NCBI GenBank assembly: GCA_019351895.1
Contig: JABBOH010000001.1
Span: 185,757-249,756, forward strand
Direction of reading: 5' to 3'
Source of the DNA: Pseudomonadota bacterium
GTDB taxonomy: Bacteria; Pseudomonadota; Alphaproteobacteria; Acetobacterales; Acetobacteraceae
Length of the DNA stretch: 64,000 nt
Position 1 is the first letter of the stretch. The number at the start of each line of letters is the position of its first letter. The position numbers were made by a program, and so were the translations under genes. The notes under the pieces were generated by a model. The model had not been told where the DNA came from. It searched no databases and worked only from the letters and a program-made list of their open reading frames with translations. Positions 28,389 through 48,025 of the stretch are shown here, piece after piece.

Positions 28389-28708
28389 GCGGATCGCTCC
28401 CGCAGGACGGCAACGCCGATGACGCCCAGGGCGGCACCGTCCTCGTCCGCCACCTCATCATCAGCAACAAACGCGGTCTGCACGCGCGCGCGGCTGCCAA
28501 GCTGGTGACGACCGCCGAGCAGTTCGGCGCCTCGGTCGCCGTTGCGAAGGACGGCCAGAGCGTCTCGGCGCGGTCCATCATGGGGCTTATGATGCTTGGC
28601 GCCGGTCAGGGCTCTCGCGTGGTGGTTTCGGCAGAGGGCTGGGACGCCAAGGAAGCGATCGATGCCGTGGCCTCGTTGATCGAGGCCGGCTTCCATGAGG
28701 AAGACTGA
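28385..28708 (+). CDS. ptsH: Phosphocarrier protein HPr/NPr
   Basis: KRGLHARAAAKLV (His15) and ARSIMGLMML (Ser46). Confidence 0.92.
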   Translation: MSGSLPQDGNADDAQGGTVLVRHLIISNKRGLHARAAAKLVTTAEQFGASVAVAKDGQSVSARSIMGLMMLGAGQGSRVVVSAEGWDAKEAIDAVASLIEAGFHEED

Positions 28709-30620
28709 ACCCAAGGCGGCGCCGAGGCCGCGGGTGGCGAAGGTCGCACCGGCCAGCGCCCAAGCCCCAACGCCGCCATGCGATGGCGCGGGCCTTCGGC
28801 CGACGGTAGCGGTCAAGGGCCCGCCCCAGCCGCCCGCCCCGAAACCCCCTCCAGCGGAGCGGCGTTTCCAGGGCCTTCCCGTCGGCGCTGGAATCGCCGT
28901 CGGCCCGGCCTACCTCATCGAGGACCAGACCCCGACCCTCGAACACCGCCCGATCCCGGCCGATGGCGTCGAGGCCGAACTCGCCCGGCTCGACGAGGCC
29001 ATCAGCAAATCGCGCCGCCAGCTCGGAAAGCTCCGTGCCCAACTCGCCATGCTGCCCGCCGAGGGTCAGGCGGAACTCGAGCCGCTGATCGACGCCTACA
29101 TGCAGATGATCGGCCCGTCCCGCCTCCTTCGCGGCGCGCGGAAGCGGGTCGAGGCGCTGGTGTCGGCGGAAACTGCCGTGACCGAGGAAACCGAGGCCCT
29201 CGCGGCGGCCGTGCTGGCGGTGCAAGACCGCGACCGTGCGGGCATCAAGCGCCGCGCCGAGGAAATCCGCGAAATCGGCCGCCGGCTGATCCGCAACCTC
29301 ACCGAGACGCCGTTCCAGAGCTTCGCCAAGCTTGCCCAGGGGACCGTGCTTGTCATGGACCATCTGCGGCCGGCCGATGCGGCGCTGCTGAGCCCCGCGC
29401 GTCTCGCCGGCGTCGTCACCGAGGAAGGCGGCACCGACGGCCATACGGCGGTGATGCTCCGCGCGCTCGGGATCCCCGCGGTGCTCGGCGCGCCTGGGGT
29501 GACGACCGCCATCCATCGCGGCGATCTCCTGGTGCTGGACGGCGGCGAAGGCACGGTCACCGTGCATCCTTCGCCCGCGACGATGGCAGCCGCCCGGCGA
29601 TCCTCCGCGAGCTTCGCGCGCGAACGCCAGAAGCTCGCGCAGCTCCGGCGTCTTCCGGCCGAGACGACGGACGGCCAGTCGGTCGAGCTGATGTCCAACC
29701 TCGAAGTCCCGCTGGAGCTGCCGCTGATCGCCCAGGCCGGCGTCGAGGGCATCGGCCTGTTCCGCAGCGAGTTCATGTTCATGAACCGGGCGCAACTGCC
29801 GGACGAGGGCGAGCAGACCGAGGTTTACCGCGCCGCGGTCGAGGCCATGGGCGGCGATCCGGTGACCATCCGCGTGCTGGACTGGGGCGGCGAGAAGGAG
29901 ATCGAGGCGCTGCAGGTGGCCGGCATCGCCGAGGAGATGGCGGGCCTCAACCCGGCACTCGGCCTGCGCGGCATCCGCATGCTGCTGCGCTACCCCGAGC
30001 TTCTGGAGACGCAGCTTTCCGCGATCATCCGGGCGTCGCATTTCGGCCCCGTCCGGGTCCTGCTGCCGATGGTGACGACCATCGACGAGGTGCGCGCCAC
30101 CCGCGAGATCTACCAGAAGGTCGCTCGGCGGCTAAGGCGCAGGGGGGAGGCGATGCCCGAGCGTCTGCCGCCTATCGGGATCATGATCGAGACGCCGGCC
30201 GCGGCCCTGTCGGCCGACGCGCTTGCCCTCGAAGCCGACTTCTTCGCCATCGGCACCAACGACCTCACCATGTATGCCATGGCCGCCGATCGCGCCGATG
30301 CCGACGTGGCGAAGCTTTACGATCCGCTGCACCCCGGTCTGCTGCGTCTCGTGCAGTTCACTGTCGAGGCGAGCCTCAGGCTGCGCAAGCCGGTGTCGGT
30401 CTGCGGCGAAATGGCGGCCAACCCGAAGCTCACGCCGCTGCTGCTCGGGCTCGGCCTGCGCAGCCTGAGCATGAACGCGAGCGCGGTGCCGCGTGTGAAG
30501 CAGGTGGTGCGGAGCGTTTCGATCGCTGACTGCGCGCGGCTGGCGCGCCGGGTGATGGAGCAGACGGAGCCTGCCGGAATCCGTGGGCTGGTCGAGGAAT
30601 TCGCCGCCAAGCTCAGCTGA
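28695..30620 (+). CDS. ptsI: PTS enzyme I without GAF domain
   Basis: EEGGTDGHTAVMLRALGIP (phospho-His), GIGLFRSEF, TIRVLDWGGEK, NPALGLRGIR, IGTNDL, SVCGEMA; Pro-rich N-terminal extension. Confidence 0.9.
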   Translation: MRKTEPKAAPRPRVAKVAPASAQAPTPPCDGAGLRPTVAVKGPPQPPAPKPPPAERRFQGLPVGAGIAVGPAYLIEDQTPTLEHRPIPADGVEAELARLDEAISKSRRQLGKLRAQLAMLPAEGQAELEPLIDAYMQMIGPSRLLRGARKRVEALVSAETAVTEETEALAAAVLAVQDRDRAGIKRRAEEIREIGRRLIRNLTETPFQSFAKLAQGTVLVMDHLRPADAALLSPARLAGVVTEEGGTDGHTAVMLRALGIPAVLGAPGVTTAIHRGDLLVLDGGEGTVTVHPSPATMAAARRSSASFARERQKLAQLRRLPAETTDGQSVELMSNLEVPLELPLIAQAGVEGIGLFRSEFMFMNRAQLPDEGEQTEVYRAAVEAMGGDPVTIRVLDWGGEKEIEALQVAGIAEEMAGLNPALGLRGIRMLLRYPELLETQLSAIIRASHFGPVRVLLPMVTTIDEVRATREIYQKVARRLRRRGEAMPERLPPIGIMIETPAAALSADALALEADFFAIGTNDLTMYAMAADRADADVAKLYDPLHPGLLRLVQFTVEASLRLRKPVSVCGEMAANPKLTPLLLGLGLRSLSMNASAVPRVKQVVRSVSIADCARLARRVMEQTEPAGIRGLVEEFAAKLS

Positions 30621-30714
30621 GACCGGGCCGCGTGGTAGGCTTGCTTGGGCCGTGCGGACATCACGCCGCCGTGCGCGGGCATGGCTGCCCGGCGGCGGCG
30701 CGGGCGCGTATCGC

Positions 30715-30743
30715 TGGACTCGTGGCTGTCTATCCGGTAACAG
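30715..30743 (+). promoter_or_regulatory. Probable rplK promoter
   Basis: TGGACT-N17-TAACAG; a -10 lacking the final T is common in Alphaproteobacteria. Confidence 0.4.
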
Positions 30744-30760
30744 CGCCGCCTTCATCGGAA

Positions 30761-30799
30761 CGCGGGAGAGGACGAGCAATCGCCCTCGGATGAACCGCG
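30761..30799 (+). promoter_or_regulatory. Putative L1-binding autoregulatory leader
   Basis: CGCGG-GAG-AGG..CCT..ATGAA-CCGCG resembles the 23S rRNA L1 site (GUGGGAG..AAAUACCAC), 50 nt before rplK. Confidence 0.45.
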
Positions 30800-30848
30800 G
30801 TCCTTGTCCATTATGGCGTCCGCTGGGCGCAGGATAGGAACGAGGGTT

Positions 30849-31283
30849 ATGGCTAAGAAGATCACCGGCTACGTCAAGCTGCAGATCCCTGCAGGCAAGG
30901 CCAACCCGTCGCCGCCAGTGGGCCCCGCCCTTGGCCAGCGCGGCCTCAACATCATGCAGTTCTGCAAGGAATTCAACGCGGTGACCCAGGGCATGGAGCC
31001 CGGGATGCCGGTGCCCGTGGTCATCACGGCCTATGCCGACCGCACCTTCACCTTCATCACCAAGACCCCGCCGAATACCTACTTCCTGATGAAGGCCGCG
31101 AACATCAAGAAGGGCTCGACGACGACGGGCAAGGGCGCGACGGTCGGGCGTGTCACGATGTCCCAGCTGCGTGAGATCGCCGCACAGAAGATGGTGCATA
31201 TGAACGCCAACGACGTGGAGGGCGCGGTCCGCATGCTGGTCGGTTCCGCCCGCTCGATGGGTCTGTCGGTGGTGGAGGGCTGA
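30849..31283 (+). CDS. rplK: 50S ribosomal protein L11
   Basis: [41 protein letters not shown]. Confidence 0.97.
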   Translation: MAKKITGYVKLQIPAGKANPSPPVGPALGQRGLNIMQFCKEFNAVTQGMEPGMPVPVVITAYADRTFTFITKTPPNTYFLMKAANIKKGSTTTGKGATVGRVTMSQLREIAAQKMVHMNANDVEGAVRMLVGSARSMGLSVVEG

Positions 31284-31287
31284 GATC

Positions 31288-31992
31288 ATGGCAAAGAACA
31301 AGCGCCTCGCCTCAGGCTATGAGGCTTTTGACCGCACCAAGACCTATCCGCTGGCCGAGGCCGTCAAGATCGTGAAGGGCAACGCCCGTGCGAAGTTTGA
31401 CGAAACGGTCGAGTTCTCGATGAACCTCGGCATCGATCCGCGCCATGCGGACCAGATGGTGCGCGGCCTCATCAGCCTGCCGAACGGCACGGGCAAGACG
31501 CTGCGCGTCGGCGTGTTCGCGCGCGGCCCGAAGGCCGAGGAAGCCCTCGCGGCGGGTGCGGACGTGGTGGGCGCCGAGGATCTGGCTGAAAAGGTTCAGG
31601 CTGGCGAGATCGCCTTCGACCGCTGCATCGCGACCCCGGACATGATGGCCCTCGTCGGTCGTCTGGGTAAGATCCTCGGGCCGCGCGGCCTGATGCCGAA
31701 TCCGAAGCTCGGCACCGTGACCATGGACGTGAAGGGCGCCGTATCCGCCGCCAAGGCCGGTCAGGTCGAGTTCCGGGCCGAAAAGGCCGGCATCATCCAC
31801 GCGGGGATCGGCAAGGCGAGCTTCGACGAGACGAAGCTGCTCGAGAACATCCGCGCGCTCGCTGATGCCGTGCAGAAGGCGAAGCCGACCGGCGCCAAGG
31901 GCACCTACCTCCAGAAGGCGGCGCTCAGCTCGTCGATGGGGCCGGGCGTGCGTGTCGATGTGTCGAGCATCTTGGCGGCAGCGGCGGAATAA
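31288..31992 (+). CDS. rplA: 50S ribosomal protein L1
   Basis: [45 protein letters not shown]. Confidence 0.97.
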   Translation: MAKNKRLASGYEAFDRTKTYPLAEAVKIVKGNARAKFDETVEFSMNLGIDPRHADQMVRGLISLPNGTGKTLRVGVFARGPKAEEALAAGADVVGAEDLAEKVQAGEIAFDRCIATPDMMALVGRLGKILGPRGLMPNPKLGTVTMDVKGAVSAAKAGQVEFRAEKAGIIHAGIGKASFDETKLLENIRALADAVQKAKPTGAKGTYLQKAALSSSMGPGVRVDVSSILAAAAE

Positions 31993-32054
31993 CGAGAAGG
32001 AATTCGCCCCGGGCGTCAGCCCGGGACGCGCAGGAGGGGGGGACCCCTCCGAAC

Positions 32055-32180
32055 CTGTCCAAGACCAGACGTGCATCGGCCCCCGAACTGAAGTCATGAG
32101 ACGGACGTCGTGGGACCGGCGCTTAAACGGCCAGCGAGCCGGCGGGTGGGAGACGGGGAAGCCAGCGTTCAGAGACTGCG
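32055..32180 (+). promoter_or_regulatory. Putative L10 leader (rplJL autoregulatory RNA)
   Basis: CTGTCCAAGAC...GCTTAAA...AGAGAC motif order, as in proteobacterial L10 leaders, in the 335-nt rplA-rplJ spacer. Confidence 0.5.
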
Positions 32181-32327
32181 CCTCCTGATGGCGCGGCATG
32201 AAGAGCTTTGGCGGTTCCGGCTAGAGGACAGGCGAACCGGGCGCGCGGGTGACAGGTGTTGCCCGAACGCCCATGGGAAACCCGGGCGACGGATTTCGGT
32301 CCGTTCGCCTAAGCGGTGGAGAGTTGA

Positions 32328-32846
32328 GTGGACCGTACGGAGAAGCGGGAGTTCGTCGCTTCCCTCGCAGCCGTGTTCGCCGAGACGTCGATGGTGGTTG
32401 TTACCCGTAATGACGGGCTGACGGTCGCCGAAGTGACGGACCTGCGACGCAAGATGCGGGCGGAAGGGGTGACCTTCAAGGTTACGAAGAACCGTCTGGC
32501 CAACCTCGCCCTGGATGGGACCCGGTTCGACGGCATCAAGCCCATGCTGAAGGGACCGACCGCGCTCGCGTGGTCGAAGGACCCGGTGGCGGCGGCGAAG
32601 GTGGCTGTCGAGTTCGCCAAGACCAATGAGAGATTTGTTGTCATCGGCGGTGCTCTCGGCACCCAGGCGCTCGATGCGTCCGGGGTCAAGTCGCTTGCCG
32701 AACTGCCGTCGCTGGATGCGCTGCGCGCGAGGCTTTTGGGGATGATTCAGACCCCGGCCACGCGGATCGCAGGTGTCATACAGGCGCCGGCCGGCAATCT
32801 CGCTCGGGTCTTTGGGGCCTATGCCAGGAAGGACGAGGCGGCCTGA
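32328..32846 (+). CDS. rplJ: 50S ribosomal protein L10
   Basis: [32 protein letters not shown]; GTG start. Confidence 0.96.
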   Translation: MDRTEKREFVASLAAVFAETSMVVVTRNDGLTVAEVTDLRRKMRAEGVTFKVTKNRLANLALDGTRFDGIKPMLKGPTALAWSKDPVAAAKVAVEFAKTNERFVVIGGALGTQALDASGVKSLAELPSLDALRARLLGMIQTPATRIAGVIQAPAGNLARVFGAYARKDEAA

Positions 32847-32940
32847 TCGTTTGGGGCGTGCCGACCTTTCACAAATGTGACGCCGAAAAACTTCGGCTTG
32901 CATTGAACCGACTAAAGTTTACATAATAGGAATTCAGACA

Positions 32941-33318
32941 ATGGCAGACCTTTCCCGGCTGGTGGATGAGCTTTCCAGCCTTACCGTGTTGGAAGCCGCT
33001 GAGCTTTCGAAGCTGCTCGAGGAGAAGTGGGGCGTCTCTGCCGCCGCGCCGGTTGCCGTGGCCGCTGCCGCCGGCCCCGCTGTCGCCGCTGCCCCGGTTG
33101 AGGAGCAGACCGAGTTCACCGTTGTTCTCGCCAAGGTTGGCGATAAGAAGATCAACGTGATTAAGGAAGTGCGCACGATCACCGGCCTCGGCCTGAAGGA
33201 AGCCAAGGATCTGGTGGAAGCCGCGCCGAAGCCCGTCAAGGAAGGCGTGACCAAGGACGAGGCCGAGAAGATCAAGAAGGTTCTCGAGGAGAACGGAGCC
33301 GCTGTCGAAATCAAGTGA
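32941..33318 (+). CDS. rplL: 50S ribosomal protein L7/L12
   Basis: LTVLEAAEL, Ala-rich hinge, [22 protein letters not shown]. Confidence 0.97.
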   Translation: MADLSRLVDELSSLTVLEAAELSKLLEEKWGVSAAAPVAVAAAAGPAVAAAPVEEQTEFTVVLAKVGDKKINVIKEVRTITGLGLKEAKDLVEAAPKPVKEGVTKDEAEKIKKVLEENGAAVEIK

Positions 33319-33324
33319 TTTCGG

Positions 33325-33349
33325 CCATGCCGGGCTTGTCCCGGTATGG
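33325..33349. repeat. REP-like palindrome right after rplL
   Basis: CCATGCCGGG-CTTGT-CCCGGTATGG; the core CCGGGCTTGTCCCGG resembles the common alphaproteobacterial palindromic repeat; single copy here. Confidence 0.4.
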
Positions 33350-33684
33350 ACATCGCGAGACGAGACCGGGGTGGAGATCGGATGGATCTTCACCCCGCAA
33401 GCGGTTGCGGGGCAGGCTTGCGCTCGGGTCATGTCGGGTGTCGCGTGATCGACGCCCGTATGTGCCCATGCTGTGGGTTTCCGTGCCGCGGATACCAGGG
33501 GTTGGATGACGGTGCTGAACGGGAGTTCCCACCGGGGCTGAGCTTCGACCGCCGATGCTGTTCAGGCTGAGGCGGGGAGCGGGAGAGTGAGGGATGGCCG
33601 GACGACCCTTCCTGGGGGCCGGCCTGACTGAGCCGGCCGGCATGATCCGGTGCGGTTATGAAAATCGAGGGCTAAGGGCAAGCG

Positions 33685-37866
<4,182 letters not shown>

Positions 37867-37902
37867 TCCCGCGGGCCTGCACCGCGACATCCTGGGTTAA
37901 GA

Positions 37903-37924
37903 GTGGGGGCCACGCAGCCCCCAC
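37903..37924. other. Hairpin in rpoB-rpoC spacer
   Basis: GTGGGGGC-CACGCA-GCCCCCAC perfect 8-bp stem. Confidence 0.45.
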
Positions 37925-38041
37925 CACCCTGCCGCCAAACTGCCTAATGTCTGATGAAGACGAGTTGAACGCGTTGGATTTGTCCGTCTACCTAAGCCGG
38001 CCGCGAGGCGGGCCTGGGGACGGTGTGAAGGTGAAGCCCGC

Positions 38042-42208
<4,167 letters not shown>

Positions 42209-42219
42209 GCCACCGGAAC

Positions 42220-42259
42220 GGATGGGGGAGCACGCCTGGCGCTGCGTGTTCTCCCATCC
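42220..42259 (+). terminator. Long hairpin after rpoC (probable terminator)
   Basis: GGATGGGGGAGCACGC-loop-GCGTGTTCTCCCATCC, 16-bp stem with two G-U pairs. Confidence 0.65.
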
Positions 42260-42421
42260 ATCTTCGGAGCGGCGCCTGTTGAGATTTCACGCTGATCGAG
42301 TCGACGAAAGGAGCGAAACAAGGCATTGTTGCGCTTCGCAAATCCCGGCTGGACGGTGAGGCCGGCACATACCGCGTGTGACGGACCGATCGGATCGCCG
42401 AGCCGTACGGAATGTTAGAGA

Positions 42422-43513
42422 GTGGCAGCCCTGCACGAAGGTAACGATAGGCGCGACATGGATTTGGGCTTCCCCGGCGCCGTGTCCGACGAGTTCCGCG
42501 AAGGCACGTCGCGCATCGGTCGCGATCTTCGGGCGGCGCGCGAGCGTCTCGGCTGGGAGATCGATGCGGTGGCGGAGGCGTTGCGGCTGAAGCCCGATTA
42601 TATCCGCGCTATCGAGGCCGGCGATCTGGGGCGTCTTCCGGCGCCCGCCTACGCCGTCGGCTTCGTCCGCACCTATGCGACTGCTCTCGGCCTCGACCCC
42701 AACGAGTCGATCCGCCGATTCCGAGCCGAACGGGACGAGGTCAATGCCAAGACCCGGCTCGCGTTCCCGGCCCCCGTCCCGCAGCGCGGCGTGCCGGCCG
42801 GCGCGTTGGTCCTCGTCGGCGCCATCATCGCGATAGGCGGTTATATCGGCTGGTATCATTACTCAGGCCGCAGCCTGCGCTCGGCGCAGACGGTCATGGC
42901 TCCCCCGGCTCATCTCGAGCCTCTGGCGCCGCCCCCGACGCCGAAGCTCGCAGCCGCGACGCCACCGCCGGTTGCGCCCAAGGCTGCCAAGCCGCCGTCC
43001 GTGGTCGCGTCCCAGCTACCGAGCGACGCCAACGTGTCGCCCTCATCCGCCGCAGCCGCCGTGCCGATGCCGTCGGTCGGGTCGACCGCCGATCAGGCGG
43101 GATTGCCGGTCGGCGGCGGCGGCGAGAGCTTGGCCACGGCAGCGCCGCAATCCGGTCAGGCGCCGGTGCAGGCAGGCAATGGGTCGGCTGCTCCATCGGG
43201 CGATGGATCGACGGTGGCCGGCTCGCCGTCTCCGATGGTCATACAGGCGACAGCAGACGCTTGGATCGAGATCAAGAACGCGGCGGGCAAGGTTGTCTAT
43301 CAGACCATCCTGCACCCCGGAGACAGCTACAAGGTGCCGGATCAGCCGCAGCTGACCCTGACGACTGGAAATGCGGCCGGGACCGAGATCGTGCTCGCCG
43401 GCAATACGATCGGCCCGCTCAAGGGCCATGTCCTTCGCAACATTCCGCTCGACGCCAGCAGTCTGAAGGCGGCGAGCGTCCAGCCTGCCGTGTCGGCGCC
43501 CACGGCCCAATGA
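42422..43513 (+). CDS. rodZ: Cytoskeleton protein RodZ
   Basis: HTH ([25 protein letters not shown]), TM, Pro/Ala linker, C-terminal DUF4115 (WIEIK, TGNAAG); precedes ispG-hisS. Start may be 42458. Confidence 0.87.
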   Translation: MAALHEGNDRRDMDLGFPGAVSDEFREGTSRIGRDLRAARERLGWEIDAVAEALRLKPDYIRAIEAGDLGRLPAPAYAVGFVRTYATALGLDPNESIRRFRAERDEVNAKTRLAFPAPVPQRGVPAGALVLVGAIIAIGGYIGWYHYSGRSLRSAQTVMAPPAHLEPLAPPPTPKLAAATPPPVAPKAAKPPSVVASQLPSDANVSPSSAAAAVPMPSVGSTADQAGLPVGGGGESLATAAPQSGQAPVQAGNGSAAPSGDGSTVAGSPSPMVIQATADAWIEIKNAAGKVVYQTILHPGDSYKVPDQPQLTLTTGNAAGTEIVLAGNTIGPLKGHVLRNIPLDASSLKAASVQPAVSAPTAQ

Positions 43514-43544
43514 CACGCGCGGGCAGACGGAACAGGAGCCATCG

Positions 43545-44675
43545 ATGAGCTATCGCCCCTACCAGCAGATCGATCGCCGTAAATCGCGGCAGATCAGTGT
43601 CGGCGCCGTGAAGGTCGGCGGCGACGCGCCGATCAGCGTCCAGACCATGACCAACACCCTGACGACGGATGTTGCCGCGACGGTCGCCCAGATTCAGCTC
43701 TCGGAACGGGCGGGCGTCGATATCGTCCGCGTTTCCTGCCCGGACCAGGAAAGCACGGCGGCGCTCGCCGATATCGTGCGCCAGGTGAACGTGCCGATCG
43801 TGGCCGATATCCACTTCCACTATCGCCGCGCGATCGAGGCGGCTCAGGCGGGTGCCGCTTGCCTGCGCATCAATCCTGGCAACATCGGCAGCCCCGAGCG
43901 CGTCCGCGAGGTGGTGAACGCCGCCCGTGACCACGGCTGCTCTATCCGTATCGGCGTGAACGCGGGTTCGCTGGAGCGCCACCTGCTCGAGAAATACGGG
44001 GAGCCCAATCCCGAGGCGCTAGTGGAAAGCGCGCTGGAGCATGCCAAGATCCTGCAGGATCACGACTTCCATGAGTTCAAGATCAGCGTGAAGGCCTCGG
44101 ACGTGTTCATGGCGGTCGCGGCCTATCAGCAACTCGCCGAGGTCTGCGACCATCCGCTGCATATCGGCATCACCGAAGCCGGCGGCCGTCGCACCGGCAC
44201 CGTGAAGTCGTCGATCGGCCTCGGCTCGCTGCTCTGGGCCGGCATCGGCGACACGATGCGCGTCTCGCTGTCGGCAGAGCCCGAGGAAGAGGTGCATGTC
44301 GGCTGGGAGATTCTGAAGTCGCTCGGCATTCGCCATCGCGGCGTCCGCATCATCTCCTGCCCATCCTGCGCCCGGCAGGGTTTCGACGTGATCCGCACCG
44401 TGGCGGCGCTGGAGGATCGTCTCGCCCATATCGAGACGCCGATCACCCTCTCCATCATCGGCTGCGTGGTGAACGGTCCGGGCGAGGCGCTGATGACCGA
44501 TCTGGGCGTCACCGGCGGTGGCGGCGGCCGGCACATGGTCTATTCGGCCGGCAAGCAGGATCATACTGTCGCCAAGGACGCCATGATCGACCATGTGGTC
44601 GAGATGGTGGAGGCTCGGGCGGCGGCGTTGCGCGCCGCCGATCCCGGGCCGGCGACCGCCGCGGCGGCGGAGTAG
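43545..44675 (+). CDS. ispG: HMBPP synthase (GcpE)
   Basis: [60 protein letters not shown]. Confidence 0.96.
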   Translation: MSYRPYQQIDRRKSRQISVGAVKVGGDAPISVQTMTNTLTTDVAATVAQIQLSERAGVDIVRVSCPDQESTAALADIVRQVNVPIVADIHFHYRRAIEAAQAGAACLRINPGNIGSPERVREVVNAARDHGCSIRIGVNAGSLERHLLEKYGEPNPEALVESALEHAKILQDHDFHEFKISVKASDVFMAVAAYQQLAEVCDHPLHIGITEAGGRRTGTVKSSIGLGSLLWAGIGDTMRVSLSAEPEEEVHVGWEILKSLGIRHRGVRIISCPSCARQGFDVIRTVAALEDRLAHIETPITLSIIGCVVNGPGEALMTDLGVTGGGGGRHMVYSAGKQDHTVAKDAMIDHVVEMVEARAAALRAADPGPATAAAAE

Positions 44676-44689
44676 AGGCAAGATGTCCT

Positions 44690-44709
44690 GCCGCCGGGAT
44701 GCCGGCGGC
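44690..44709. other. Hairpin between ispG and hisS
   Basis: GCCGCCGG-GATG-CCGGCGGC perfect 8-bp stem. Confidence 0.4.
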
Positions 44710-44805
44710 CCTTCGCCCGTCCCCTCGGCGGAATAGGCTCGCCTTCTCCGCCTGACGATCTGCTAGATCGTCGCGCGAAAATCACTTTTTGAGGCCAATC
44801 CAACC

Positions 44806-46065
44806 GTGTCCAGCCTTCAGCCCGTTCGCGGCACCCGGGATCTCATCGGCGACGACATGCGCCGGCACCGCCACGTGAGCGACACCGCTCGCCGGGTGGC
44901 GGCTCTCTACGGCTTCGAGGAGTGGTCGACGCCGATCTTCGAGGAGACGGCGGTTTTCTCCCGCACCCTCGGCGAGACCTCCGACGTTGTGACGAAGGAG
45001 ATGTACACCTTCGCCGATCGTGGCGGCGACAGCATCACCCTGAGACCGGAGGCGACCGCCTCCGTCTGCCGGGCGCTGGTGACGAATGGGCTCACCCAGG
45101 CGCTGCCGCAGAAGGTCTTCTATGCGGGACCGATGTTCCGCTACGAGCGGCCGCAGAAGGGCCGCTACCGTCAGTTCCATCAGATCGGGCTGGAGCTTAT
45201 CGGCCCCGCCGAGCCGCTGGCCGATGCCGAGGTGATCGCCTGCGGATGGCAGATCCTGAGCGAACTCGGCCTCGCGCCCGATGTCGTGCTCGAGATCAAC
45301 ACGCTGGGCGACACCGAGAGCCGGGCCGCGTATCGCGCCGCGCTCGTCGCCTATTTCACCGCGCATGAGGCGTCGCTTTCGGAGGACAGCCGCACGCGTC
45401 TCGTGCGCAATCCGTTGCGCATCCTCGACAGCAAGGACGAGGGCGACCGGCGGATCGTGGCCAATGCGCCGACGATCGGCGCGCACCTCACGCCTGAAGC
45501 CGCACGCTTCTACGACACGGTGCGCGCGCATCTCACGACGCTCGGTATTCCCTTTGTCGACAACCCGCGGATCGTCCGCGGCCTCGACTACTACAGCCAC
45601 ACGGCCTTCGAATTCGTGACGACCAGCCTCGGCGCGCAAGGCACCGTGATGGCCGGTGGCCGCTATGACGGTCTGGTGGCCGAGATGGGCGGGCCGCAGA
45701 CGCCGGCCGTCGGTTGGGCGGCGGGGATCGAGCGGATGGCGATGCTGATCGCCGGCGCGCCGGCCGAACCGGCGCCAGTCGCGGTCATCCCGGCCGGCGA
45801 CGATGCCGAGGCCGCGGCCTTCGCGTTGGTGCAGCGTCTGCGCGGCGCCGGCATCCGCAGCGAGATCGGCTATCGTGGCAACCTCCGCCGCCGGATGGAG
45901 CGGGCCAATCGCGGCGGTGCCCGCGCGGCGGTCATTCTGGGCGCCGATGAGGCGGCGCGCGGGATCGCCCAGCTCAAGGATCTCGTGACCGGCGCGCAAC
46001 GCGAAGTCGCGCTCGACGATCTTGTCGATGCGCTGCGTGTTGCGCCGCAGGGGGCGGTTGCGTGA
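44806..46065 (+). CDS. hisS: Histidine--tRNA ligase
   Basis: [45 protein letters not shown]. Confidence 0.97.
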   Translation: MSSLQPVRGTRDLIGDDMRRHRHVSDTARRVAALYGFEEWSTPIFEETAVFSRTLGETSDVVTKEMYTFADRGGDSITLRPEATASVCRALVTNGLTQALPQKVFYAGPMFRYERPQKGRYRQFHQIGLELIGPAEPLADAEVIACGWQILSELGLAPDVVLEINTLGDTESRAAYRAALVAYFTAHEASLSEDSRTRLVRNPLRILDSKDEGDRRIVANAPTIGAHLTPEAARFYDTVRAHLTTLGIPFVDNPRIVRGLDYYSHTAFEFVTTSLGAQGTVMAGGRYDGLVAEMGGPQTPAVGWAAGIERMAMLIAGAPAEPAPVAVIPAGDDAEAAAFALVQRLRGAGIRSEIGYRGNLRRRMERANRGGARAAVILGADEAARGIAQLKDLVTGAQREVALDDLVDALRVAPQGAVA

Positions 46066-47129
46066 GCCTCGCCGCCAAGTTCGACGACATCGTCGCACGC
46101 GCGGACGAGTTGCGGGACCAACTGTCTTCGGGGATTACGGGCGAGGCTTTCGTCCGCGCCTCCCGCGAGCTTGCCGAGATCGAGCAAGTCGTCGCGCTCA
46201 TCAACGAATTGCGGCGGACCGAGCGGAGCTTCGCCGAGGCGGCTGCCATGCTCGCCGACCCCGAGATGCACGAATTGGCCGAGGCCGAGGCGCAGTCGCT
46301 GAAGGGCCGCATTCCGCAGCTTGAGAGCGAAATACAGCTCGCATTGCTGCCGAAGGACGAGGCGGACGAACGTTCGGCCATTCTCGAAGTGCGGCCCGCG
46401 GCGGGCGGCGACGAGGCCGGGCTGTTCGCCTCGCAGCTCTTCGGCATGTATCAGCGCTATGCGGAAGCCCAGGGCTGGCGTTTCGAGATCATGGAATACG
46501 CCGACACCGAACTGGGCGGCCTCAAGGAAGGCATCGCCAATGTCACGGGCCGGAACGTTTTCGCCCGGCTGAAATTCGAATCGGGAGTGCATCGGGTTCA
46601 GCGTGTGCCGGAAACCGAGAGCCAGGGCCGCATCCACACCTCCACCGTGACCGTCGCCGTTCTGCCGGAGGCCGAGGAGGTCGATGTCGAGATCAACGAA
46701 AGCGATTTGAGAATCGACGTTTATCGCGCATCCGGGGCCGGCGGCCAGCACGTCAACAAGACCGAAAGCGCCGTCCGCATCACGCATGTGCCGACCGGCA
46801 TCGTCGTCGCGATGCAGGAGGAGAAGAGCCAGCACAAGAACCGGGCGAAGGCGATGAAAATCCTGCGCGCCCGCATGTATGAGCGGGAGCGCGCGAGCCT
46901 GCATGCCACGCGCGCCGCGGACCGGCGATCGCAGGTCGGCACCGGCGACCGCAGCGAGCGTATCCGCACCTACAACTTTCCGCAGGGCAGGGTGACCGAT
47001 CATCGCATCAACCTCACCCTCTACAAGATCGACCGGGTGATGCTGGGCGATCTCGACGAGATCATCGCGGCTCTCGCCGCCGAGGATCAGGCCGCCCGCC
47101 TCGCGAGCTTCACCACCGCGGACGCCTGA
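46062..47129 (+). CDS. prfA: Peptide chain release factor 1
   Basis: [14 protein letters not shown] (PxT), [23 protein letters not shown]. Confidence 0.97.
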   Translation: MSLAAKFDDIVARADELRDQLSSGITGEAFVRASRELAEIEQVVALINELRRTERSFAEAAAMLADPEMHELAEAEAQSLKGRIPQLESEIQLALLPKDEADERSAILEVRPAAGGDEAGLFASQLFGMYQRYAEAQGWRFEIMEYADTELGGLKEGIANVTGRNVFARLKFESGVHRVQRVPETESQGRIHTSTVTVAVLPEAEEVDVEINESDLRIDVYRASGAGGQHVNKTESAVRITHVPTGIVVAMQEEKSQHKNRAKAMKILRARMYERERASLHATRAADRRSQVGTGDRSERIRTYNFPQGRVTDHRINLTLYKIDRVMLGDLDEIIAALAAEDQAARLASFTTADA

Positions 47130-47134
47130 CGCCC

Positions 47135-47989
47135 TTGGTCCGGCACGACGCTGTCGAGGCGGCGCTGCGGGAGGCAACCGCGGAACTCGCCGCGGCGGAA
47201 ATCGAACAGCCGCACCGCGACGCCCGCATTCTGCTGGGCCATGTGCTCGGCGTCGATCAGGCCGGCGTTCTACGGCGGCGCGGCGCCGATCTTTCGTCTG
47301 CGGAACTCGCGCTTTTCGCGAACGCGGTCGCGCGTCGCGCAGCGCACGAGCCGATGGCAACCATCCTCGGGCGTCGCGAGTTCTGGAGCCTCGATTTCAT
47401 CGTGTCGCCCGAAACGCTGATCCCGCGTCCCGACACCGAGGTCATCGTTGAGAGCGCTGTGGCGCTGCATGCCGAACGCCCGGTTCGGCGCATCCTCGAC
47501 CTCGGCACCGGCACCGGCTGCCTGCTGTTGGCGGCGCTGACGGAGTTTCCCGGAGCCTGGGGCCTCGGCGTCGATCTATCGCCGGCGGCGGCGGCGGTCG
47601 CGCTGCGCAACACGAGGGCTCTGCGCCTCGCGGACCGGGCTGCGATCATGGTGGGGCGATGGGTGGAGGCGGTCGAGGGCCGCTTCGATCTCATCCTCTG
47701 CAATCCGCCCTACATTAGGGAAGCGGACATTGCAGGGCTGATGCCCGAAGTCGCGGCGCATGAGCCCAGGATGGCGCTCGATGGCGGAGCGGATGGTCTC
47801 GATCCCTACCGCATCCTCTTCCCGGAGATGCACCGGAAGCTCGCGCCGGGCGGCACGGCTTTGTTCGAGTTCGGGATAGGGCAGGCCGACGCGCTGCTGG
47901 ATCTGGCCAGGGCCTCGGGGCTTGCGGTCGTTGCGGTGAAGACGGATTTGGCCGGACATCCGCGTGTGATGATTATGCGGTGCCCTTAA
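47135..47989 (+). CDS. prmC: Release factor glutamine methyltransferase
   Basis: TLIPRPDTE, LDLGTGTGC, NPPYI, ALDGGADGL. Confidence 0.95.
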   Translation: MVRHDAVEAALREATAELAAAEIEQPHRDARILLGHVLGVDQAGVLRRRGADLSSAELALFANAVARRAAHEPMATILGRREFWSLDFIVSPETLIPRPDTEVIVESAVALHAERPVRRILDLGTGTGCLLLAALTEFPGAWGLGVDLSPAAAAVALRNTRALRLADRAAIMVGRWVEAVEGRFDLILCNPPYIREADIAGLMPEVAAHEPRMALDGGADGLDPYRILFPEMHRKLAPGGTALFEFGIGQADALLDLARASGLAVVAVKTDLAGHPRVMIMRCP

Positions 47990-47996
47990 AAAACGG

Positions 47997-48025
47997 TTGG
48001 CTTCCAGAGGCGAGCGGGCTAGCGT
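47997..48025 (+). promoter_or_regulatory. Probable sigma70 promoter for the DUF4167 gene
   Basis: TTGGCT-N17-TAGCGT, implying a 5' UTR of about 180 nt. Confidence 0.45.
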
